Part shown: in pieces, positions 11,379-26,300 of the stretch
Layout: each line of letters begins with the position of its first letter
How positions within the stretch are numbered: the stretch's first letter is position 1
Origin: Callorhinchus milii
Taxonomy: Eukaryota
Assembly (NCBI RefSeq): GCF_018977255.1
Contig: NW_024704743.1
Coordinates: forward strand, 47,246,001-47,310,000
Reading direction: 5' to 3'
DNA: 64,000 bases
Position numbers and translations under genes: made by a program
The notes under the pieces: model-generated
The model's database searches: none
What the model saw: the letters and a program-made list of their open reading frames with translations, nothing else
Told to the model about the DNA's origin: nothing

Positions 11379-14300
11379 GTAAGAATGAACCAATAAGTCA
11401 TAAAGCTTGTACGTGTTCTGCTCTCTCTTTACCATTCACTGAACTTTCAACTTGTGCCATTTATGCAGTGCCTTTCATGTCAGAGGAGGTCCCAAGGTGC
11501 TGTACAGTTGAGGGTTTTTCACTTGAGCTAGGGACTGGCATCGGGCGATCAGGAGGAGGGTGGGGGTGAGAGGATGGTCTTGAGTCAGACATTGAAGGAG
11601 GCAAGGGAAGCATGTGGTGAAGAGACTCTGAGATGGAGTTCCACAGAGTGGTGGCAAAAAGACTGAAGGCCCAACTGTTGATGGTGGGGTGGGTAGGCAG
11701 GGGACGTGAAGTAGGTCAGTGCTTGCTGAGCGGGCAGGTTAAGTGGGATTTCGTAATCCTTGCAAACCTACGCTATGCTTGTAGGACAATGCTTAGCATA
11801 GAATGGACTCTTTGTCATAATTCTCTGCCTACCAATGCCACTAAGTGCTTCCAATTCTCAACGACTTCATTTTACCGAGTAATCTCTTGTACGTTGTTTT
11901 AGGAACCCCCTTCTGAAAATTCATAATGCCTTCTGAAAATCCATGTGGATGTCTTTCATGGATCTTTCCTCCCTCTATCACCTCAGTATTTCTGTCATAG
12001 AATTCTATCAAATTCATTAGATGTGACCTATCCTTCACAAAACTCGTTACACTTCTTAAAGTGTGGGGTCACTCAGTCATTTCCAATGATACATTTGTTC
12101 TAGTATTGATGAAAACTTAATTGGCTTGTGGTCAGCTGGACTGTATCTTTGCCTATTGCTCATTTTTCTTGATGAAAAAAATGCGCATTTTCTTTTTTCA
12201 TTTGTATGATCTGCTTTTTTTTGTTTTGTACTTTCTCTTTCATCTTTTTAATTTGCTTAACTTCATTTTGTTGCCTTCCTCCCAATGCTCAGCCTTGCCA
12301 CTTTCTTTCAACTTTTTATGCATCTTTTCCTTTTTGTTTGTATGTCAGGATGGCTCAGGTTGGTAGCACTTTTGACCCTGAGTCAGAAGATTGGGGTTCA
12401 AGCTCCATATTGGGATTTGAACTCACATAGTCTCAGCTAACGCTCCACTGCAGTGCTATCCTTTTGAATGAGATGTTAATTAACCGAGATCCTGTTTACC
12501 TGTTCAGGTGGATGTTAAAGATTCCATGGCATATTACTTGAAAAGGTCACTGGCCTGCTCCATGTGACTTGTCCTGCCTGCCCTACCTTCAGCAGTTGGG
12601 CCTTCAAACTTTGTGCCCCATTCTTCTGGAACTCTATCCTGGAGTCCCTTAACTGTGCCTTTGATAATCCTCCCACCTCCAGCCCCCTTGCCTTCTATCC
12701 CTCTCGATTCCAATTCTCAGCTTGGGTGCAAACCGTTGACTCTCCAGCACCTTGGGAATGTCCCACCAAGATGAAAAGTGCAATTTGAAGTTTATCCCAG
12801 TGTCCTGGCCAACAATCCCCAAATAAAATTAGTCATTTGTTTCATGACTGTTTGTGGGACATTGCTGCGTTCAATTGGATTGCCGCATTCGCCTACAAAT
12901 ACGAAGCCACTCCACAGTAAATCCTGTGAAGAGCTTGGAGACAAATATTATTATTTGTACAAGTCCTAACCATTTTGTCCATCGTGATTGTTTCACCAAG
13001 AAATTCTATTCTTGCATTTGTAGATGGGTGTAACCTGTTTGTCATGCCCTGTGTGGAGTTTATAGATGAAGTGTAGAGGGAGGGATAGGCCAGCTTGTAA
13101 GAATGTGAGAAAAATACACCATTACCAAAATCTGTGGTACAGCTGTTTAGAAAGAGCACTTGGATTAGAGTTAGTGATGTTGAATGATTTTCAGTCCCTT
13201 TGTTCTTTTAAGAAAATCTCCATTGTTTTAGTGAGATTGAGTGGTGTGTAAATTATATGCCGCTTCTGGGAATCAGTTCCTGACTGAAAGAGGAAATTAG
13301 ATTTATTGTGTTGCAATAGCTAAAGTCAGCTCTTTTGGGGTAATGGTTGTGTAATCGTACTGTGCTATTTTAAACAATGGTAAAAGTGTGGTTTTATGGA
13401 AAATTTTGCCATACTGGCAATCCATTCACGTGATTTAATCTACACAAAACTAGCATACATTTAGGGATATTTATAAATTCCTGGGCATTTTGAAATCACA
13501 GATGCGAATTGCACAGTTTAATCAATTTAGTCTGAAAAAATACCCTTTAAACCCAGTTGTATGACATTATTAATTCTGTTCATTTTTTTCCAGCTCGTGA
13601 ATTGAGTTTAGTTGGCCCTCTGGAAGGTCCAGTTGTGAAAAGCTACTCAGGTTATTTGACCGTGAATAAAACATGCAACAGTAACCTTTTCTTCTGGTTC
13701 TTCCCTGCACAGGTAACTAAATGTTCAAAACGCAATTTACCATTTTTTCAAATTAAAACCTATTTCAAACTGCTTGAATAATCATCAGTTTATGCTGGTG
13801 GAAGCAATGTGACATTGGGAAGGTTTTTACAATGTTGTAAATAGCAGCACAGTGGGTAGATGACAACAATTCACCCCAAAGGCAATCAACAGATGGAACA
13901 GGTTATCAGCAATGATGGTAGAGGGCAGAACACAGGAGAAAATTAAATACTGATTTGATGCTCTGATAGGTAAATGGGAAATGGCATTAAATAGGTAGAA
14001 GGAACTTGTGTCTTCATCCAAACATCTTATGATCTCAAGCTGTAGCTCCAGTTTTATTAAAGGCAATTTGGAAGACATTACTTCATTCCTTTAAACGTTC
14101 AATAATGTTCTCAGGAATTAAAAATACTGGATAATGAGTTAATTTAATCTAATAAATTGGTTGTGTGATCAATGGATTGAATGGTCTACTGATGGTCCCA
14201 TAAAGAGAAGCTTTGTGCATGAACAGAAATCAACTAACCAGCTCTTGAACTTCTTTTTAAACATGACAAAAAGGCACTCTGAATGTTAAAGCCTTGTACT

Positions 14301-17300
14301 AAACAACTACAGGGTAACCCTGTTATAAGGTGCCTCTGTTTAGCGTTGGGCCACTGTACTGTAGACCCCAGCTATACTAGAATTCTGGTACACTCAGTAT
14401 CTGGTTCTCTTATTCTGTATTTGTAGGACTTGCAAGGCATTGGAGTGCAATTGTTAGTTTTGTTGCCTCTTAGTCAGAAGGTTGGGGTTTCAAATCTCTT
14501 GTCACTTTGAGTTTACAGTACGTCCAACACTCCAATTAATTATTGCATTGTCAGGTGTGGTCCTTTGGATGTGAAGTTAAACCGAGGTCCTGCCTGTTCA
14601 GGTAACTGTTAAAGATTCCATGAAACTGTGTTAAAAGAGGAGGGAGTTTGTCCCTGTGTCCTCGCCAACAATCATTCAGACACTTCATGGCTGTTTGTGG
14701 CACATTGTTGTATACAAATTGTCTTTTGCATTGGTCTACAAAATACACAGTCACTACACTTCACAGTAAATCCTATGAAGTAGTTTGAGACATTTTGAAG
14801 TGATAGGATGCTGGATCAAACACAGGATTATTTTTTGTATTATTATAATAATGTTTTATCTCAATGCAGAATTATTTTTCTTACTTTTGCTCTAGTTGCC
14901 TCCAGGTGGCAGTATTACACTGATTGCCACCTACAATGTTTGGTCTTTATTCTCAACCATGTTATTGCAATGTTCACTGCAACTTGGGGACACATCAAAT
15001 TTTGAACAGTTGTGCAGTAGGCTTGTTGCAAACAAAATTGTCTGTAAAATAATTTGAAGCTGCATTTTCCGGGTTTCAGTGGTGAAGAGTGTTGAAGCAT
15101 TCACCCTATGTGGAAAAAAAACTATAAACTCAAGTTCTTGTTGAGTTGTTCTTTGTATCGATTGCTTCCTCGGCCTTTCAGATCTCAAATAGTGTTCTTC
15201 CAGTCTTGTTTACTTTTTTAATTTTAGAAACAAATTGGGAACAAATATCATACAAAACAGGCTTCCACTTTGCATTTGTTCTCTATTGTGTGTAATTCTG
15301 TTGCTGAAAACCCTTTTGGCAAGATGTAAAGCAAAATGGTTCATGTTTTTGTGTGAATGGTTGGGGATTTTGCTGTTTATGAGAGCTGTGGCACACATGC
15401 TAAGATAATATTCTTACTGAAACCCAAGAGTATTGTGATGGGTCTGCTCTTCAGATTAAGACCAAGGTTTTGTTAAGTTAGAAAAGTAAATTGGAGCAGT
15501 TGTCCTGCCAAAGTCAAATTGTTAGCAGTGGAAGTCCCAATCTTGTGATTTTGCTGATAATTTTCTTTTTAAATGATTATGAAATTTTCTCTAAATTAGG
15601 CTTGTACTCAGAAAGGAGTTGAGAGTGGCTAGGGTATGAAGTTAAAACATTTATATTGGTGCTAGAGGGGTGTTCTGGGTGGCATTAAAGCACATGGGAG
15701 TGAAGGAGGTTTTTTAATGGTTCTGGCTATGTCGTAACTGTGCCTAGTACTGCCTGTTGCTGATTGATCAAAAGGTATTTGAATTCCCAGGGCTGATATC
15801 CCTCAACTCTTTGAGCCCAACAGTTCACTGAAAGGTACATGTATTTTTTTGTATAAATATAAATATACGCATGTATATTTTAGAAGTACTGACCTTATCT
15901 AAATGCTTTTCTGTTCATGCAATTAAAGTGATCTCTTTGCGTTTTGACACTAGTAGTTTTTTACTGGATCAGAGTTTTACTGGATCAGGAACAATGGTAA
16001 AAATGACTTATGCGATGATCCCTATCTTGACCTTGTTGCTTAGGCAGCATTTTTTAAAGGTTCCTTACTTTGGAGTAGTTTTCCTGGAATGTATAGTCAA
16101 CAATATAACCTGCTTTCAACCTTTTTTTTTCCTACATATGTTCTTGCCTGTTTATTTGGTTTACAAAATAAATGTCATGGATGAAATTTACAATGTTCTT
16201 TATCTAGGAGATTTAATATGTTTTTCTTGCTTGTTTCTAGAACTTCTCTTGTTACTTTAATGTTTATATTCATAATTTACTGTTAAGTTATGACACCATT
16301 ATCAAACTATCAGGAAAGACTGGACAGTTTAGGGCTTCTTGCTCTGGAGTTGAGATGCATCCGAAGGGAACAGATAGAGTTGTTTAAAATTATGAAATGG
16401 TTTGGTTAGAATAATTGACACAGTTTTCTTCTATTGGCAAGTCCATAGCACAGGGGCTTAAATACAAGGTAGCCAGTAACAGATCGAAAAGAGTTTAGGG
16501 GGAACCTCTACACATTAGGTGCAGTTGAAGCAAAAAGCATCAATGCATTTAAGAGGAACCTCAATGCATATACAGTATATGAGAGAGAAGTGAATAGGTG
16601 GGTATTGGGGGAAGGCTAGGGAGGGAGGGTGCATTAAAATGGGTGAAGGTTCTTATGGAGTATAAACACCACATGTACTAGTTGAGCTGGCTGGGCTATT
16701 TTAGTGCTGTAGATCTATGTAACGCATATTCTTTTTACAGACTCAGCCAGAGACAGCCCCTGTGCTGTTATGGCTTCAGGGTGGCCCTGGAGGGACATCG
16801 ATGTTTGGGCTTTTTGTCGAGCATGGTCCTTATGTTGTTGCTGAAAACCTTACACGTAAGTCTGACTTTGATCTTAATAAACCAGCTGTTTTTATCTGGA
16901 TATCCCAAATCCATGTTAAATGTTTAACTTTTTTTTAAATCAATGTTTTGAAAAAGCCTATTTGTAATAAATCCCCTGGTTGATTTTAAAAAAAGTATTG
17001 GATTTATAGTGTATTGGATTATTTTGTTTAACTGAAATGTTTACAGCTCACAAACTGATGCTGAATTTTTTTTAAAACAAAGTTCATCTTGCGGTCATTA
17101 ATTAAGAGACCAACCAGAATCATGCGTTGTTTTTACAAAAGATCTGTTTGGCTGGTCCTTTTTGCCCCTCTTTCCCCCCCCGCTCCAAAAAAAATGCCAT
17201 AGTTGAATCTGGAAACAATTGCCATTTGCTTTGGAATAATGGGGGATACATGGAGAATTATCCACTCCTGTTCCACTGTCACCACGGCTGTGAAAATGAT

Positions 17301-20300
17301 GACATTGAGGCTGACCCCAAAATAAATGTTGCAACATATTTTGTTGTGTGAGATAACGCCAATTGCTGTTTATTTGCTGTTTGCTTTCTTCTTTGTCCGT
17401 GAACATCTTCATACAAAAGACATTGTGCGTCCCTTAACCCTGTCGTGCCACAGTCAGTGCCCGTGCCTTCAGGCGCTACACCACTAACCTCTCAAACAAT
17501 CTGCCTCAATCCCCCCACCTCACCCTCCTCTTTATCTACCTATAAATCCTACCGCTTCAACTGCGCCAATGGTCACATTTCCCTCCCCTTTCTCCTTTGT
17601 TTGGTATCCAACCCCACCACTGCAATGGCTCCTGATTCTATTCTGTGTGAAAGGCGCTATATAAATGCAAGTAGTTGAATCCTGCTTCCTTGCTTGTCTG
17701 AGTCACATACAGAATTCATGAAACAGTTTACCACTGATGTGGTTCATTCAGGAGTAACTAGCAGGTAGTTACATCATGATAAGATGTCCTTTAGAAAGCA
17801 CTTGACTCACTTCATCATGTAAACTACCAGTGGAAAAATTCTTACATTCTAACTGATCTCAGCATCTCGTATCATCATAAACTACTTGTCTGTGCTCGCA
17901 GCCATACACTAAGTGCACTACCTACATATCTAAATGATTGGTTTGTTAGAGCTGGGGGGGTCCAGCAGTTTTTTTTCTGTGTGGGGGGGGCGCGGTTGTC
18001 TGACAAATGCAGAAACCCATCACCATGCTTAAGAGTATCCACAACAAACAGAGTTCCATGTATCCCATCTACACATTCCTGCATTTTGGAATAGAATGTG
18101 CACTCTTTCCCTGGAGGGACACATTCCAATTATCTAATTCCTGATAGTATTAAGCGCAGATTGGCAAGACCCAAGGCTTGGGGATCTCAGAGTGTGTGAT
18201 GGGGTACTGCTGAGTTTAACCAGCTAAAACAGCATAGTTTGCCATTGAGAGCACTGTTACTGTCTGGCAAGCTTTCCTGTTGCTTGTCCAGCTAGGACCC
18301 CCCTTTCCTTTAGGACTTTGCTTGAAGGTTCACAGGAGCTTTGTCTGAAGAATTCCTGCCCCCAGTGACTGATCTGTCCAGTAGGTTTCAATATTCAGGA
18401 GACCTAGAACCAGTGCAGGATCCACCCTTCACAGGTGCTTGTTTCGGACTGTTTTCAACCCATTCCCAATCAAATTTGGTCATGCTGATCACCTTTTACC
18501 TGGAGTATAGAATTCATCTTAAGAAGAACCTGAGCTGTTGGCAGCTGCCATCTTTGGGTTCTTTTAAGATTCTATCGCAAGATATTATATTTGACCTTCT
18601 TGCAAAACAATCCTTAAGATGAATTTTATTGTTACAATCAACCAAGACAAGTCTGTTAATACCATTAAAACAATGGTCTTGAGACCAGTCTGCTTACATG
18701 TTTGGTCTTCATGCCATGTACTCTCATAGATTTCGGTGAACTATGTAAGTCCAGTCAGGAAGCCCCAAGGGGTTGAAGCACCAGGCACTACTGGGCACAT
18801 ACATAGCTTGCACATGTATATGATGCCTCTCATATAAAAGAATATTTTGAAACACTTGAGAAATACAGTGATGGACACTGAGCAGGAAAACAGGTTCAAA
18901 CATGATAATATCAATCCCCAATCCTTGCATTTAATATAGCATCTTTCACGTCAGAAGGATGATTCCATGTACTTCACTGGATTTATTATCAAGTGGAGTG
19001 ACTGTTTTTTAGGACTAACACAGCAGCCAATTTGTGCAGAGTAAAGAACCACAAAGTGAATGACAAAGATGTTGATCAAAGAGATATGTTAGGAGTGCTT
19101 TTTTGAAAGAGGGGAGATTACATTCAGAGAATGAAGGAACAGGCTTGTCAAAGGTAATCTCCCTTTTATAACTTTCTGTTTTTCTATTCGACATGGCTGG
19201 ATGAGTACAACAAAAATAAATTGATTGCTGCTCCTAAGAAGCTAGCATCAGAAGAATGCAATCTTCTATGGTTTAAATTCAGATGTTTTTACTAGTTTAA
19301 TTTAACATGTGTTTTTTTTTAAATGCTTGAATCTAGTGGAGGCAAGGAAGGTATCATGGACATCAAAATACTCCATGTTGTATATTGATAACCCAGTAAG
19401 TTTTCTCATTTATTGTTCTGTGGTATTGTTTGTATTTCCATCAGCCACATGGATTGGCTGTGACTGTTGTCTGTTACCGTGTGGACTGTCTAGAATCGCT
19501 ATCAATAAAACACGTTAAAAAGAATTGTGTGATCTTTTTTAAAAAAGAAAATTCTAGAGCTGGCTAGTTGAAATTCCTAGATTTGTGGTTCTGAGGTTCC
19601 AGAAGTATTAGAGGAATATAAATACAAAATTTGAATTTCTCTTATTCAGAACTTTTAGTATGCAAGTCAATAACATTTATTTCATGCCAGTTTATAGATG
19701 ACACTGCTGGATTTGCAGATAATACAAACATGGGTATGAACGCATCTGATGCAAATAATGCATGGAAATAGAGAGCAGAATTGTTTTTATGCAGAGGGTT
19801 ATTAGAAAATGCAATGCTTTGCCACAAGCGTCTATTGAAGCTAAGACTATAACTTTTAAAAGGGAACTGGATAAATGTTTGAAGCAAGACAATAAGGAGG
19901 GTTATGCGGAACATGCAGGTCATTAGGATTAGGATGCTTCGCTCCAATAGACGAACAGGCACCAAATGGCTTCCTATGTTGTCAAATCTATGATTCTAGA
20001 TTTTATATTGCATTTTAAAATCAGATGGCTCAATCTGCTGCATTGAAGAGGGTTGCTACTGAACTCCTAAATTTATACACAGATTATGCATAATATATGA
20101 AAACCATATTGTCATCCCCAACTGTAAGACTAAAGTACCCACTGTGACGTGACTCCACTGCCACAATATCGAGGGTAACAGACAACAATCACAGCCTGAC
20201 CACGTGGTTGAGCGTGAAAGTAACCTTTGGTGGCCTTTAAAAGAGACTCTGTAATCGGTGGATATAAATTTTCTATGATTGTTGTGAGTCAGTTGCAATG

Positions 20301-23300
20301 CGGATACTGAAAGTTGACTCTGAAAATCAGTGTAAAAATTATTGTGTATAATGCATCCCAATATATAATTTGGTGAAGATCTCTAACTATATTATGCGAG
20401 TGTGACTTGCTTCATTGAGGGTGAACAAGGCTAATCGTTAATGCACAACTCTAATCTGTAGATACAATTTCAGTCTTTGGTTGTGAGTGTGTGCATGTGT
20501 GCATAAATGATTATGGGCTGCATGTAGCACAAAAAGGTTCAGACTGAAAGTAACTGAGTGAAGTAGAATAGTAAGAGAGGTGCATTTATGTTGGCGATAT
20601 CAGTTTGGTTTGACTAATCTCTCATTGTTCCCGAAACTAGGTGGGCACTGGATTCAGCTTCACTGACAAAAAGGAATGCTATGCACAAAATGAAGATGAT
20701 GTAGGGAGGGATCTGTACAGGTTAAGCTTCTTTATTTCTTGTCACTTTCTTTGCAATACAAAATCATTTAAAACTTTTGTTTTTAGAATTTGATCAGTCG
20801 ATTCACCTTTTCAAATACCTCAACTGTATGATGAGAAAACTGAACAGTCATTTTAATTTCCCTGCAGAAGCCATTATGGAGAGCATATTCCCCTATACAA
20901 ATAACAGTCAATTGCTATGTTTGAATGGGATATGCTCCACATACTGTTATTTAGGTTACACCAGGATTATTAATCACTTCAAACTATTTATCTTGATTGC
21001 TTTCATTATTCAGTTTTGCTGCTGTTTTTCTTTAGGATTACTTTATTTCCACTGTTTTCAAGAGCAGGACAAACAAGTCATGTAGGAAATTTCTGGGTTT
21101 TTTTCCCCCTTGCCCTTATCGAATTCCGCTGCTCACATTTTTAATAATAATCCTGGCATTTGATACAGCGCCTTTCATGTCAAGAGGACATCTCAAAGCG
21201 ATTCACAGGATTTACCATAAATTGTAGTGACTGTGTATTTTGCAGGCAAAGTTTTAAAATTTGTTGTGTTGCAGAATCAGCATTGGCTAATCTCCTAAAT
21301 TGTCTTGCATTAAATCAACTTTATTGCATTTCAAAATGCTACCATTCTCCCATACAGCAACAAGAACAACTTGCATTTATGTAGCGCTCTTCATGCATTG
21401 TAGCATCTCTGCCTACAGTCCCTCTGACATAAGTTCTCCCTGTCTGCTCTTGTGTTGTACAGATACTGATTTGTAATGCTGGATCGTTCACCAATAATGA
21501 ACAGGCTGTTCTAATGGCTCCTCCGCATGAAGTAAAACCATGCAATAAGAAAAGCATGTGTTTTTGCTTTTTTTAAAAAATATTCACTCATAATGTATGT
21601 GAATGTCTCTTACAAGAGTATTTTTCAAATGACTTTCAGATTCCATATTCCTACCATCTGTATCAGACATGAAGTGTTCTAGCTGGATTGGAGAGCAAAG
21701 CCTTCCCTACTCTTTTTTTTCTGCCCTCCACCTCCCAGAACCAAATTCTACATTTTAGACCGGAACTGCTCCTTCAGAATTGACTAAATGGCTATCACAG
21801 TTTAAAACTTCTTTAGATGAAGTGCAACATTTAATTTTGATCTCTTGTCTACACAGTGCTCTCATCCAGTTTTTCCAGATATTCCACGAGTATCAGAAGA
21901 ATGATTTCTACGCTACAGGAGAGGTGAGTGAAATAACTTTCCACCCAAGACCTTATTGTTCTGTCAGTCGGGATTACTTATTGGATACATTATCAAGGTT
22001 TGCAAGAAATGCCTAATGATATAAACTTCATCTGTTTACATCTATTACCCTCCGCATTCCCTGCTTTTCCCTACAAAAACAGTCATCATCACCTCTGTCT
22101 TCAAAAAAAACCCTCTAGGCCCATCCCTGCTCTCTAATTACCATCCTATCTCCAACCTCCTTTTCCTTTCCAAGTTCCTTGAATGAGTCGTTGCTTCGCT
22201 CCTTCCTCTCCCACCACTCCCCGTACGAACTCCTCCAATCGAAACAGCCCTGGTCATAGTGACAAATGTCTCCTCGTCCTCCTTGACCTCTCTGCTGCCT
22301 TTGACACTGTTAACCACTTGATTCTCCTCTACCACCTCTCATCATCCTTGACTGGTTCAGATCCTACATTTCACACAGTCTCCACTTTGTCTCCACAAAC
22401 CTCTCGTGCGGTGTTTCTCAGGGCTCTGTCCTTGGTCCTCTCATGTTCAACATGTGCTTGCTTCCTCTTGGGTCAATTTCCACATGTATGCGGATGACAC
22501 CCAACTCTATCTCTCTGCCTCCACCCTCGACTCCAGGACCCCTGCTGTCCTGACAGAATGTCTGTCAGACATCATCTCCTGAATGAGAGTTCACTCTCTA
22601 CAGTTGAACGTCAACAAGATCGAGGTTCTCATGATTGGCTCCTGTCAGCGATTGCTCACCTCATTCGCTGACGGCATCACCAACCAGGGATTCACACTCC
22701 ACCTAGCTAAGTCAGTCTGCAACCTTGGCATCTTGTTTGACTTTTAAATGTTCTTTCTACCCCATATCCATACCATAACACGCTCTGCCTCCCCCCACCT
22801 CTGCAACATCGCCTGGCTCTGCCACTGTCTCTCCCTTCAGGCCGCTGAAACCCATGCATTTATTACATCTAGCCTCTAACTCTTCTCCAGAACTCTGCAG
22901 CTCGTGTCCTGTCCCGCACCAGGCTTGTGATCCCATCACCCCTACCCGCACCTGACTCCACTGGCTCCCCATCCCTCAGATGATAGAGTTCAAAATCTTT
23001 GTCAACACATTCAAAGTTCTTCATGGCCTTGCTCCTTCCTAGCTCTGATCTGCTAACGCCAGATCAACCTGTCCACTACCTCCGCTCAGCAAGCTCCGGC
23101 CTGCTCCATGTTTCCCGCCCGGCCAACCCCACCATCGGCATGGCCTTCAAACTCTCTGCACCCATCTTTTGGAATTTGGAACCCAATCCCATAGTCCTTT
23201 TACCTTGCTCTCTCCCTTGCCTCCTTCAAGGCACATCTCAAGACTCTCTTCGACCTCGCGTTTGGTCACCCACCGACCTTCTCTGCCCTCCACCCCTCCT

Positions 23301-26300
23301 GATCCCAACCTCCCAACACAGGTCCGAATCTCTTTAACTGTCCAGTGTCTTCAGACGTCCTCCCGACGTGAAAGGCACTCTACAAATGTAATGTGGTGGT
23401 GGTGATGTTTTCACTCTTTCTTCCTTTTTATATATGTTATGTATTTTATAGCTTATTGGTTATTAAATATTTATTAGTTGTCAAATTGTGTATCTGTAAT
23501 GTTTCATAGTTATTAAATGTTCTCCCCTATTACATTTGCTTGCAGAGTGAAAGTAGCACTTTTTATAGTGATTTAGTATTGGACCTGAGTTTTAAAAACT
23601 ATTGGATAATTTTATAGCACTTGCATCTATTTAGGTTCCCATTTGAAAGCTTAATTTTAGTTGGTTGATTCAAAGAATTTGTGGTATTGGTCAGATCACC
23701 CAAGTGGGTAGAAACATTTGTGCATGTGTTCAAGCTTATTGTTTTCTATTATTTCTTTTTCATTGTATAAATGTCTTCAGTCTTATGCTGGTAAATATGT
23801 GCCTGCAGTTGGGTACTACATCCATACCCACAACCCTGCTGCCAAAGTAAAGATCAACTTCAAGGGAATAGCCATTGGAGATGGACTGTGTGATCCTGAA
23901 GTAGTAAGTGTGGTTTTGTTATAAATTAAACAGGATACTTCAGTTGTAATTTAGCTTTATCAAGATAAAAGGAAGTTGGTTCTCAGACAACTTCCTTAAA
24001 ACTTCAAGACTCTTAATTTTTACCATATGGCAATCCAGTCAGCAACTACTAGATTGCTTTAAATTATACCTTGCTGACTATGCTGATTACAGTCCTTGAG
24101 TTTGAAAAACCTCTATTGTACATTTTTTGAAACTGAGTTTTGTACAGTGACACGAGGTTGTTCCTTTGTTGTGTGTCTGTTGCACAGATGTTGGGTGGTT
24201 ATGCGGAGTTCATGTACCAGATTGGGATTGTGGACAAGAGGCAGAAGGAGTCGGTCCAGCAGCAGTCAGACCTAGGAGTAAGCTACATCAAGCAAAAGAA
24301 ATGGGTTAAAGCCTTTGAAGTATGTATCAGTGGTTTGGTCTTGGTCTTAAAATTAAAAACATCTGAGGAGTTGAAGGTCAGGGGGAGCACGATGGGAGGT
24401 CAAATGTGTGTTGCTAAATGGCATACTGTTTAGTTTAAAAGTAATCAGCTTTCTGACTTTCAAATAATCTCTCTCTTTTCTTCCGCCCCAAACATTTTCA
24501 AAAGTGTAATGTGATCTTTGTTTCTCAACAAAAACAATCCTGAGTGATGTATAGAATCCTTGTGCAGTCACTCAAAATGGTCAAGAGATCATTAAATAGT
24601 AATGGTCACAATAAGATCTGGATTCTAAGGGGCATTGGCAACACATAACTAAAGAACTGAATTGCAGCCTGTTGTACTTTAAGGAGGCCCCCATTTACTC
24701 TGTTGATTGAGTGAAATTTTCTGCTACGAAAACCTTTATTTTCGGAATGTTTCATCTTTAATCCTGGACCACATTGCTAAAGAATAGTTTTCCAATACAC
24801 GTACAAAAACTTGTAAGTTTGCAATGCTGTTTTATCTTATGGATAGCTAACTCTTTGAATTCAACACATGTTGACTTAAGTATAGGTTACATCCTCTTGT
24901 GTAGCAATGATGTTTTTGAATTTCATAATTCCATTCATCTTGAAACATATCCACATTCCAGCTGTTTTTAGTTTAAAAAAAAGAGCATAATAAGGATCTA
25001 GTTTCGTAGATGGGTGATATGAGGAGGGGGCAGTGAGAGAGAGAGGAGGGAAAAGAGGGAAGTGGGATAACCCCACTACCTGTGTATGGCAACCATTAAC
25101 TGTCTGCAGAGCAATTATTTTTGTGTAGTTACTATGCAAGCCTTTGCTGCTTGAAAGCATTCATGCTGTGACGTTTATCAACTAATTATCCTGGTTGGTT
25201 AGATGACTTCAACTCTTGCTACGATGTTTCTCGGGAGCAGCTTTCACTAGCTATTTCTCGACCAGCAACCAGCCAAAAGCTGGTTAAAGAAGAACACTAC
25301 CATAAAATTAGCATTTTACAACAAAGAAAGGGGACGTCTTATCGATTTTACTGAAACTTTGCTCCGAGTCACCTAATCTAATTGTACTCTGTTGCTCGGC
25401 TCCCGTGTCCATTAATATTCCATCTTCAAACTCATTCGTGCACGATTGGTGAAAACAATTATTCTTTGTTTCCAAAAAGTCATTTTGTTTTAAAAGTGTA
25501 AGTTCTATGTGCTGGTCTCCTCCATTCCCTCCCCAGGGCAGCTGACATTTCAGGTCAGGTGAGGATTGTGAGACATGCTCATCTGATTTCAGTCCAGGGC
25601 TCCATCAGCACTCTACCACAGTAGGCATCGACATGCTTTTTATTTCTGCAGGCTGGTTGAGAAATGACAGCCATTCACTAACTAGTACCAGACCAGCTGA
25701 GTATATACAGCAGCATTTGCATGTAGTACAATTTGGGGTAACAAAATGTAAGGGTGTAAGCATTCTACTTCGAATATTTGGTCACACATGTAGCTTCGTT
25801 AAGTGTTTAGGCACCAATGTCACTACATGTACTTCAGGAACAAGTTACAGTTATAACTACATCACAGAAGTTCAGAGGGACATTGTAAAACTTTTTATAA
25901 ACAATTGATGAGGATTCCTATTGAGAAAGTATTGCAATCATAGTCAAAGTCTCAACCTTTGCTATTTTAGAAGGTAAATAGCTAATGGATTATTATGTAC
26001 AGAAAGTGACTTCTTTCAGTGTGCTGTATTTTCTTCAATTGCTGCTTATCTTTCAGGTTTTTGATAATCTGCTGAACGGTGACTTGAGTAAATACCCATC
26101 CTTCTACCAAAATGTCACAGGCTGTACCAATTACTACAATTTTCTACAGTGCACGGTAAATGACTGGTTGTGAAACAACCTCTTGTTGTATGTGCTTGGG
26201 GAAGCAATACATTTAGTAAGTCTTCTAGGTCTTTCAACTGAAATCACGTAGAAGCCTTAACGCATTGTAGAACAAGAAGAATTGCTTCATTAAAGCACTT

